DNA from: Octopus sinensis
Taxonomy: Eukaryota
Length of the DNA stretch: 64,000 nt
Direction of reading: 5' to 3'
NCBI RefSeq assembly: GCF_006345805.1
Contig: NC_043001.1
Span: 26,908,001 to 26,972,000, forward strand
In this document: in pieces, positions 13,347 to 59,360 of the stretch
How the letters are laid out: the number at the start of each line of letters is the position of its first letter
How positions within the stretch are numbered: the first letter of the stretch is position 1
Position numbers and translations under genes: made by a program
Notes under the pieces: model-generated
Told to the model about the DNA's origin: nothing
Databases searched by the model: none
The model's input: the letters and a program-made list of their open reading frames with translations, nothing else

Positions 13347-16300
13347 CAAAATTTCACGAAAAAGTGGACGTGTACTGTCACTCTACAAAGACATGCCAGT
13401 TTTATATAAGTTTAGGAAATTCACTTGTTAAAGCAGAAGTCACCAACTTAATTCGGTACTATTTGGTTATCTCAATCCCCTTTAAAAAACTGGGTTATCT
13501 CACCACAAAAAAAAAAAAAAAAAAAATCGAGTTAATGTGGCGACAACAGATTGTATCAAAAAAGTTAGATCCTATTGATTTAGTACTTCAACACATTGAT
13601 TTTGTTTGGCCTCCTCAATAGGCATAGTATGATTAGTTATCAGATTCAGTAAAATGTTTAATTTTTTTTTGTTTTATTGAAGGTTAAACAACTTTTCCAG
13701 TTGAAGCAGATAACCAAAAGCCCCGATGTTTCTCGTAAAACGGAGGGAAATAAGCCAATTTTTAATGGGGGGTGAGATAACCAAAAAGTATCCCCAAAGT
13801 TATAAATACTTAAGAAATGCATGTGTCCATCTGGTACGTGATGGTCTCTAGTATGGACACATGCATTTGACTTGTAGATGAAAATTGTGGAAGATGTTTG
13901 CAGGAGACTGCTCCAGTTTTACAAAGTAGACATTTAAACAAAATAACTGAACAGACAACATGCTCCGCTTTTCTTTAAGACCAGCTGGTTTTAAAAAGAC
14001 ATACCAAGGAATCAAATTGCCTCTTATTGCACTACTACTGGGCACACAGGTGTCTTACCCTTTTGTTGCCATATTTTTGATAAAACAAGCAGCTTTTGTT
14101 TAGTTAATTTTTAAGACGATGAAGAATTTTATTAAAATAACTTTCTAATTAAAACAGATTTATGTCATAGAACTGGAGGCAGTCCCAAGAAGGTCGGTGT
14201 TGAAAGGATTCAGTGTGCTGCAAGTCTATGAGGTCACACACCTGGGGAACTCAGTATTACCACAAGAAAATATAAGTAAAATATATGTAACAACGGTTGC
14301 GAAACCACAAGGACGAACATTCCAAGCAGTTCGATTAGATGAAGTAATTTTATGTAGCTATTGTATATATCAATGCCACAATATGCCATAAGACATACAA
14401 TGGAGTAAAAATAGCAGTTTACAGAATCAAAAAAGGATCCACATTTAACAAAACAACTAGACAGGCAACATGCACCTTCATTTTTCTCAACAAGACCAGC
14501 TAGTTTTAAAAAGGTAAACCAAGGAAAAGAATTTCCCCAATATATGACTACTGCAATGATCATACACAAATTTATAATGATGCTTGCTTACTTACACATA
14601 CAGAATACAGATAGTGTGGAGTGCATTTGTTTGAAATTTAGCTTCTTTTCAGCTGGACAATTAAGTTGGCAGCAAAAAGGCCATTTCCATGCAAGTAACT
14701 GCATACAGAAACAATGATCACAAGAGTTATTCTCCAAGCTTGCAGGAATTCCTCTGGCAAAGGGATCAATCAAAAGGATTGTCAAATATATTGCTTATTC
14801 ATTCACATTATTTTGACTCAATCATTCGTTACCTCATACCTTCAATGTGATTGTATTCTTTGAGAATGTCATTGCAAAGTAGGTGTGAGGCTGGTTTGAA
14901 CAGATAGAATATTTTGGCTGGATATGGCCAGTTTCAATGCTAAAGGATGAACAGCAAGAGAGCTATCAGGCCATGTAATGCATGGAAGAATCCTTCATCA
15001 GCTAAGGGTCCTGTAGGGGTTGCAGTGCTGGGTCTGATTCACGGAGGTGGGAGATTTTGTTCAAAGCATTGTTCTTTGCCCAAGTGTACTAATTTGAGAA
15101 TGTAGTGGTTAAGTGTAGGGGGTGGGAGTACTTGGCTAAAAGGATGCTTTTAGTATTGCTCTCCTGTATGATAGTCTAGAGATGAAGAACATGCACTACC
15201 AGGAAAAAGTTAGCATAGAACTAGCGGAGCTCCATCCAGTCAGGTAATATTGCATAGTATGTATATGGCAAAAAGATGAAATACCTATTTCAAGAGAGAG
15301 ATGGACTTCTCTCAAGTTGACTTACAAAAGTATGAAAAGTACACTTAAGATAGGTATCTTGTAATAATCAACAAAGGAAGGAGATAATGATGAAAAAGTA
15401 AATAAATAAAAAACATTGTCACAACACTCTCGGAACCACTAAAGAATTTGTCAATAGCAGCTCGATTTATATGAAGTAATTAATGTAGCTATTATAAAAC
15501 AAGGTCCACATAATATCCTAAAAAAAAGGACTATGTGGGGCGAAATAGCATTTATATTATTATATTCTTTATCATCATTTAATGCCCACTATTTCATACT
15601 TGCACAGGTAGACTGTCTATGGTGAGATGCATTCCCTGTCACCAACCCTCACCTGTTTCCAAGCAAAGTAATATTTCTTCATTGTTGGCATATTTTCACA
15701 AAAGAATGAAAACAAAGGCTACAGCATGTGTGGTGGCAAGCCTCATTTACAACTCTCATAACACGACAGCTTCTTTCAAATGTTACTTACCAAATCTACT
15801 CACAGATCTATAGCAGAAGACAACCAGAAGTGCCACACAATTGGTCTGCACCCAAAACTAAACCTAACTGGAAATAGCTAAGAAGAAATGTAAAGTCCCC
15901 ACTCGCTCGTACACAATACTTACGTTTATGATTTTGTAAATATGTGATTACAGAGCCTTCAAAACAAGAACTGATATAATAAAATAAAATCAAGCAAATC
16001 CTACTGTCTGGAAAAAACAAAAAAACTTCATACCTATAAGTGGATATATCCGCATAAAGTTTTATGAACAAAGCAATTAAAATATTGATGTCTTCAAAAG
16101 ATATCGATGTTCACCACCTCGCCCCAAACCAAATTTTCCATACAATAAATTACCGGAGTGTAGATGAATCTTATATCGACCTGTACATCAGTAGTACATA
16201 AAGAGCAAACATTATAATGCCTATTTAAAACAAAGCCCCACCCCGAACCATTTAACCCTTTAGTATTAACATACTCCTATCTAGTTGAGGCAGGTCACAC

Positions 16301-19162
16301 CACAGAAATCTGAGAGTTTATATGATAATGCACGATTAATTCAAAACAATGTAAATAAGCATTACGTTTAATAGTAATCTGAATGCTGGATCCTACAACT
16401 AATCATGAAAAAACTGAATATTGATGAAGGTGGATTACAACATTCCCAACTCCACCAGATGATTGGCCTAGGATACAATGTGAATTGGATAGTATCACTT
16501 CCATGCCTTAACCAACACCATTTATCTTTTGACCAGTTTTTCAGTTTAGTCAGAGGCAATGGACTTAGCAACTGTGATCCCAAGGATGTTTTTTTGGAGG
16601 GGGGGGGGGACAAAAAAACAAAAAACCTCAGTTAAGATAATTAAGTATCGACTGCATGAAAAACAAGATGCAAATAAACTTTCTACCCACCAAACGTGTG
16701 AATGAAAATGTTACACCTTTTGGAAAGCTCAACAGTATGGGGAATGTCGATAGAATGAATTAGATGAGCTTAGCTTATTTACTTGGTAGGGAGATATTTA
16801 AAACATGACGTAAATCATCATTTTACTTTACACACTTGATTTCAAAGTATATATATATACCCATTGATATTGCTTAAACTTTAGGAAGATCAGGTTCGAA
16901 AGCGAATACTAACTTCTCAGTTTACAAATAAAAAAGTGTGAAATTCTCTCAAATAAAGGAGGCTATATTACGCATAACTATCACAAAAATTACACATACA
17001 AAGCAAAGATGGTACTTCATCAAAGGTAGTCAAATGAGAAAAAAAAAAAAAAAAAAATCCCGGCCTTTTTCTACAAGTCGAATATTAAAAGTAAGCACCG
17101 TTATCCAACAGCTTTTATCATCTATCCTGAATTGCCTTTTAGCTCTTCTATTTCTGTTTAATCAATTACCTTTAACCTGTATGTAGGTTTTCTCACTATT
17201 ATATATTCCTGTTTCAACGAGGATATTCAACCACTATACACAACTAATTGCATGGACCAGAAAATTTACACACAAACGCTGAGAGGTGGAAGGCAAAACC
17301 TCGCCCTTTATAACAATGCACTAAAAACGAATAAAATAGCAACCAAATTCGAAGCAGTGTGGTTTCGAAATCAATCCATACTCCACGGGTAAAACTTCAA
17401 TAGTTTCAATAATCATACGTCAGCCGTACCTGAACAAATGAAAAGAAACAATTCTCATTAATTGTGGCTAAAGCCAGAAATTTCCGATGCCCATTCGATG
17501 TCCCGGGAAAATATATTAAGTTTTAAGTTAAAAAGACCATGGTGTAGGGCTATAGTTTAAATCCTGACATTAAAGATCACCATAACTGCGACATCAGTAC
17601 TGAAAGTCTATGTCAAAGAACCATGTTGAACTTGGCAATAAGACTCAACACTGTCAACATTTCCTTTCTTGTAAACAATGAAATATTTTTCATCGGTCAA
17701 TTTCAGAAGTTTAGTTGGTCTGTAATCCTTTTGATACCAACCCGGCTGAAACCGGCTTTGGCTATGAGCACAAATGTCTCGTTTTCATAAGTTTTGAATT
17801 AAAATCTTCCAATAAACCTTAGTCACAATCTATGTTCCTAACACTAGCTGAATAATAACTAACTTATTTTACTAAATTCTTTGTTACATTTAAAGTAATT
17901 GAAAGAAACATGAAGCATCTCAAAATAAATACAGTAACGAAAGGGTTATACTCACCATCTGCTTTCTGCATAATAGACGGTTCGTTAGGAATTTCCTGGT
18001 ACGTATAGTAGCTGCGCTTTCAGCCTGAAATAAAAAATCACAATAATAAATTCACCAGATGGATGTTTGAAAATAAGTGCCAAGTTTTTTTTTTTTTTTT
18101 TGGCATTCTTTCGATATAACTCGACAAAATCGAAACATTTCACTTCGGGTCTTTCCGAGGAAGCAAACGACAGTTCGATTCTGCACACATAAAACAGGTA
18201 AGAACGACATTGCTGGCATAATTTCGTTATATCTATACTCCACAACTCACGGAAATATCCAAGTGAAATGTTTAAATTTTGTCGAGTTATATCGAAGGAA
18301 TGCCAGTTTTTTTTCTTTTTAATCAGCCTGCTTTTGCAAGTAATATTCACAAACTCAGAAATTTTATACCGAACTCGAAGGAATGGAGATGACGTTTTCA
18401 CTTCAGAAGCATTTGAAAGTTCATGAATCAAGGCGTAGTGCTTCTATTTAAATACCGTTCATAAACAAGCAAGTTATAAAATGCAACATGTTGAAAAGTC
18501 GGCAGGAACGGAGAACTATTTCAAAAGATATTTCACTAAGAAAGCTGTGTAATTTAAACATTTACTTCAAAGCAAATGTAATGTAGGAGTAAACAATTAT
18601 ACCGAATTAAAACTTGGAACTACTTCCAATCTTATGATAATTTTTGTTTCAATTTATATATTATATAGCAACCCATGCTGTAACATGTATAAAATCATAT
18701 TAGATTAGTGTTAATTTGGTAATATTCAAAGTTACATTCCACGTGTTCTTGAAATGAAATTATTTTTACTTCGTTCCTTGATTAAAGAAAATTTTACTGA
18801 TACAATTTTTTAGGTATACTGGATTTAATACTGCTGTTTTCACTACCAACGATATATGAAATGCACCTCTACTAGCTCATATATATAAAATGAATTACGT
18901 CGCCTTTGCTAAAAAGTGAGTACAAATATGAACCAGAATATTAAATATATACAACACATGTACATCACTAAAATGGCGACAAGTGCCATCAACATGAGAA
19001 ATAAAGCTAAAAAATATAGCTAATTACCATTATTTTAACGGAAAATCTCAATTTTAAATTAGTTAAAGTCTTAAGCAATTAAAGCAAACATAAATGGGCC
19101 TATAAAAATATTTTAAAAAACGACGATTGTAAACGATTTAAAGAGACAATCTAACTTACCAT
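7182..19162 (-). CDS. RPS24: 40S ribosomal protein S24 (eS24), spliced CDS, 131 aa
   Basis: join(19160-19162,17956-18024,9278-9487,8983-9093,7182-7184) on minus, all GT-AG, all phase 0. Translates to [131 protein letters not shown], recognisably eS24. Confidence 0.97.
8983..9093 (-). CDS. RPS24: RPS24 exon 4
   Basis: ttttag|CAT...AAG|gtaacg; [37 protein letters not shown]. Confidence 0.97.
9278..9487 (-). CDS. RPS24: RPS24 exon 3
   Basis: aattag|GTA...AGG|gtatgt; 70 codons VVDVIHPG...PKHRLAR. Confidence 0.97.
9600..10330 (+). mobile_element. highly decayed LINE RT remnant
   Basis: Residual [12 protein letters not shown] motif at about 10076-10110. Confidence 0.5.
10615..10752 (-). pseudogene. 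diverged H/ACA snoRNA-like copy (ACA box reads ACT)
   Basis: Retains actatt/aatagt stem, CATTGA, H box ACATAA and cttcatcta; the expected ACA position reads ACT. Confidence 0.5.
11697..11831 (-). ncRNA. box H/ACA snoRNA-like, subfamily B copy 1
   Basis: Paralog of 15414-15551; H box ACATTA, ACA-aat; 135 nt. Confidence 0.8.
12360..12494 (-). ncRNA. box H/ACA snoRNA-like, subfamily A copy 2
   Basis: Same architecture; ACATAA and ACA-ttt; best-paired 3' upper stem cgaaccac/gtggtttcg. Confidence 0.82.
12786..12920 (-). ncRNA. box H/ACA snoRNA-like, subfamily A copy 3
   Basis: Same architecture; ACATAA and ACA-tga. Confidence 0.78.
13191..13314 (-). ncRNA. box H/ACA snoRNA-like, subfamily A copy 4 (5' hairpin partly deleted)
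   Basis: Same family; H box ACATAA and ACA retained; internal deletion removes the CATTGA pocket strand. Confidence 0.6.
13455..13797. mobile_element. MITE-like element in RPS24 intron 2
   Basis: About 40-bp imperfect inverted ends (ggtactatttggttatctca / tgagataaccaaaaagtatcc) with repeated gataacc sub-motifs. Confidence 0.6.
14283..14417 (-). ncRNA. box H/ACA snoRNA-like, subfamily A copy 1
   Basis: Hairpin (gctatt..ccac..gtgg..aatagc), H box ACATAA, second hairpin, ACA 3 nt from the end; about 135 nt; sense in RPS24 intron 2. Confidence 0.8.
15414..15551 (-). ncRNA. box H/ACA snoRNA-like, subfamily B copy 2
   Basis: gctatt..ccacat/atgtgg..aatagc hairpin, H box ACATTA, second hairpin, ACA-atg. 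Confidence 0.8.
17956..18024 (-). CDS. RPS24: RPS24 exon 2
   Basis: tttcag|GCT...ATG|gtgagt; [23 protein letters not shown]. Confidence 0.97.
18101..18305. mobile_element. MITE-like element in RPS24 intron 1
   Basis: About 45-bp imperfect TIRs tggcattctttcgatataactcgacaaaat / attttgtcgagttatatcgaaggaatgcca. Confidence 0.7.
19160..19162 (-). CDS. RPS24: RPS24 exon 1 coding part (ATG only)
   Basis: Minus strand ccattcaccATG|gtaagt. An initiator ATG followed at once by a donor is typical of ribosomal protein genes. Confidence 0.93.
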
Positions 19163-19182
19163 GGTGAATGGATCAGTACAGA

Positions 19183-19196
19183 TACCGGAAGAGGAC
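19183..19196 (-). promoter_or_regulatory. TCT initiator / 5'-TOP start of RPS24
   Basis: Minus strand gtcCTCTTCCGG matches YC+1TYTYY about 31 nt upstream of the ATG and overlaps an ETS-type CCGGAAG; typical ribosomal protein promoter. Confidence 0.75.
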
Positions 19197-20518
19197 GTGT
19201 GGGTCGAAAACCCGCAGTAAATTCAAGATTGCATTATCAAAATTTTAATTTTTATGAAAACAAAATTTAGTAAATTATTATTTTTTATTGTATAAAAAAA
19301 TTAATGCTTTTTTATAATTATAATTTAAAAGCATCACTAATAATTTTGTATTATCGATAGCTATTTGGGAGTAAATTAGTCGGTAAATTAATGTTTACCA
19401 AAGTTTGGAGGTATTCATCAGTGGTTTCGTTGTCACAAGGTATTATGTTAAAAACAATCTTAGTGTGAGCTTTTGAAAGATACACAATAGAATCTTTCGT
19501 TAAACGAAGCTATCACAGAGAATATATCATTTTTTTACATATTGGTTAATTAATTTATGCCCATCCCATGATAAAGAAATAGCTGGTCGTATTACTTCGA
19601 TGTAATAGCTTTAAAATATGGTTTTTCCTCTTCAAATGCACCTGAGGATGTTAATGGGTTTCGATTTCTCAGAGAATGTATATACTTTAACCTAAACCTT
19701 TTTTTTCTAGACTATCGGTATCTCGTCATTTAATTTGTCTCTAGTCACACAAACAAAGCAATTATATTTAATAAAATCTAAGAGAGTTCATTGAATATAT
19801 TCATTATCTATCTGCATATATTTATACAAAGAGAAATTAGCATTATATCAAAGTTTATCTTACTCGTGCTTATTCTCTTTTAATTTGTAATATGTTACAT
19901 TGAGTTTCTCTGTGTATTGACAAACATTTTAAACCTTATTGTTTTATATGTCGGTTTATGCAATATAGATATGGTTCCTTACAAATACCAACTTATCTGT
20001 CATCTCCCAATCAATACAATTTTTCCTTGGCATTACTGAATAACATGGGTTTCCTTTCGAGTAAAGTTACGTTCTTTAAATCCTGAAATTTGAAGACACT
20101 CCCTTCTTTTAGCGGAAGACACACTACCGGCATTAATAAATATTGACTAAAAACAATATATAAGAGCCAACGACTGAACCTCAAAAGTTGTTACGATTTC
20201 GACGTCTATGTATGTTAACCCTAGTTTCTGAGGAGAATATCTTTCGTATGATCTTAAGAAAATCCAACAATGTTGGAGCCCAGATTAGCTCTGTTCCAGC
20301 TGATTAATAATCAAGCATGTTCCAGTTATGACTATCCCGTTATTTTTCATTTTATGAAAGACTGCTTAAGTTAAGTTAACGAAAGTGCTTTCGATTAAGA
20401 AACCAAATCCAACATTTCCCAATGAGAGAACCTCTACCTGGTCGCAATACCTGCTAGGAAAAAATAAAGAAATCTCCCCCAAACCTCACTCTACCGTCTT
20501 AAAAAAAAAGAAAACACT

Positions 20519-20567
<49 letters not shown>

Positions 20568-21296
20568 TACACACATATATATGATAACATTATGTCTGTA
20601 AAAGGAAAGTATGTTTATGGTTGTAAGGTACAATAATAATATAAATTCGAACATTTATAAAACGTATGAATACTGTTGCAAGTATCCAAGCCAAATAAAG
20701 GAAGTAATGTTTATTCAATATTGTGAAAGTATAAGTGTTCTGTTGTTTCATTTTCTTAAAAATTTGAAATGTTGTTCCAATTTGTTTAACAATAAAAATG
20801 TAATTAGAAATACTAACAAAAATATTTTTACACTTAAGATGTAAACGAAATACATCTACCAGGTAATAATTTGAATAAAAAATATTGAGAAAACATTCTT
20901 AGAGAAATGATACGAAATTCAAAAAGGATGTTTCTATAGAATTTGAAATTCTGTGGCTTTAATGTTCTACATATATTTATGATTATCATTTACATTCAAA
21001 ATCTTGTGAGAAAACGAAAGAGTACAACCCTAAGGCATTCATTAATGAATATTCAGGTATTCTGTAATAGATCCAGTATTTGAATGAATATTTCTGTAGG
21101 TGGTACTCTTCCTGTTGTAGACCAGTCTTTCCATCATGTAGCCCTGGTGCTTGTCAATCATTGTAGACTGATGCAATATGATTCCATCACATTATTTTTC
21201 TAACCCTCAAAATAATAGAAGTCATTCATTGTTATGTATTCTGATGTATATTTCTAATATTATTTTCTTTATTGTTTTTGGTGTTTTAGTTTACAT

Positions 21297-57090
<35,794 letters not shown>

Positions 57091-57370
57091 ATTCTGTCAG
57101 TTCCATACCAGCAAATATTTAACTAATACTGGTAACTTTGTTATTGCAACAAAGATTCCCACATCTTTGGTATTTGAAATCTACTGTCTATGGCTAATTA
57201 AGTTTCTTTCAATGTCTTATAAACAGCTTTGGGCTTTCCCTTATTAGGGAGTTTGAAAAGATGTATATCCTGTTTTTTTTAGACCTTACATAAAGTTATC
57301 TATTTTGGACTTGATATATTTTGGAGCTGATGTATGTTATTGAAGGTATAAACTGTGGTATATATATATA

Positions 57371-57403
<33 letters not shown>

Positions 57404-59163
57404 AATATAAAGAGACTGAAGATAATCTTAGAATTTGGTGCATGTTTTTTTATCTAATAAAAGTCATCGTTTGTTATCATGACTTTAGATTCTTTTGTAC
57501 ACTTCCATCAAACATGTCACATGTTAAGCCAGATTTAAAATACTGTATTTGTTATTGAGCCGGCTTCAAGTAATAATATCAAATATTACAAAAGCATTTA
57601 ACTGGATTTTGTGGAAAGAAAATTATTTTCTATTCAAAAATATCTTCTATCTTTTAGTATATGTTTATATGTTTTCAATTTCCAGGTGCTAATCATATTT
57701 AAAACAAATTCTCATTTTCCTTAAATAAGTATTTATTCTCCATTATTTTCTCAAAATGGAATTTACTTCAGTTAACACTGGATTTATATTCCCATAAATA
57801 TTGACTGTATTGGCCAATATCGATACAGTGTCTGTTAGGGAAAAGTTCCAGTGTTGAGAATTCTTGTAATAAGTTAAATCCAATAACAGATTATTTTCTT
57901 CCCCTTCGCACATGCAAGAAAAGCTAAGCTTTGGCTGTTTAGATCTCCTTCAGGTTCCTGGTGGTGTCTGCAAATCTTATAACATGAGTAGGATCCTTCC
58001 TTCCTATTTAAATAAAACTCCCAACTGCTTAGCAAAGTAGTGCATATTTTGTATAATTAAATTTCTTTCTTATAGCACCCAGCTCCATCTTGCCTAACTG
58101 TGCAGTGTATGTTATTTGTAGGTGATTGGGGGTTTTGATTCACGATTTGCGTGATTTCTTTTACTCTGGTCTGATAGTATAAAACAATTTTACATGAGTA
58201 CATCAGCACTTCCTCTTTAATGCTACCAAATATCCATCATTTACTTAAGCTCTTTACTCCCTTTGGCTCATAGGTCAGTGGTAGCTTTTCTTCATTGTTC
58301 CCTGAGGGAAGGCTTTTCTCTTCCAGGATTTATTGGTTTTGAATTGCCATTAATGCTTCTGTAACTTTGCTTTTTTTTTTTTTGAGGTAGGGGTGTTGAC
58401 CCTATGCAAGCCCATTTTTACCTCCTGGGAAGAGGTGGTCCATATTAGTGTAGTCTCTGTTTTTTTACCTGTCCAGCATAAGAGACCCTGCCAGGAGTTT
58501 GTGCTCCGCTAGCATAGCTTTGTGGGCCACTGAGAAACTCAAGCCATCACACAATAACAAAGGCAGGATCTTGTAGTGGAAATATCCATTAGATTGTGTT
58601 AAATGCCATGACAAAATCCCTTCAGTAAATTCTGCTGATTGGTTAACAATTAAACTGTACAGCTTCAGAGTTGCTAAACAAAATTTCAGAGCAATATCAT
58701 TCGGAAATACGCAATATTTTATTTCATTACTTAAAAAAAAGCTATCAAAATAAGTGAAATCTCAGTTTTATTGAAATGATTCTGAATGGAATGGTCCTAA
58801 ATAAACTGCTGCGTAAGTGAGAGAAGGAGTGAGTGTGTGTGTAGTTGCATACATGCTCCTTCTTCACACATTTTCTTTCAGTCGTTATTTCTAACTACAG
58901 TTTATTTTTATTTGTTAACACTCAAACATCCTAAGAATATTGGGCTATTATTGTACATATAGCACATAGCACAGATATGAATGTAATTTATGTTTGCCCA
59001 TTGCAAAGTATGCATATGCACATTTGTTCATGGGAATATGTGTGTGTGTGTGTGTATGCATATGCGTGTCTCTGTATATGTATGTGTATATATATGTATA
59101 TATATGCTTATATGTATGTGTGTATGCATATGTATATATGTGCATGTGCATGCACATGTGTAT

Positions 59164-59196
<33 letters not shown>

Positions 59197-59317
59197 TATA
59201 TAGAGGGCATTATTACACATAAATGCCACACGCTAGGAGGGACTCTTATTTTATTTTGGTAGTTTTGACTTTAAGAGTCCCTCCTAGCGTGCGGCATTTA
59301 TGTGTAATAATGCCCTC

Positions 59318-59360
<43 letters not shown>

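Noticed and set aside
16680-16795. Nested short stems with a TAGATGA motif like the snoRNA family
   Set aside because: No H or ACA boxes at suitable positions; stems short enough to be chance
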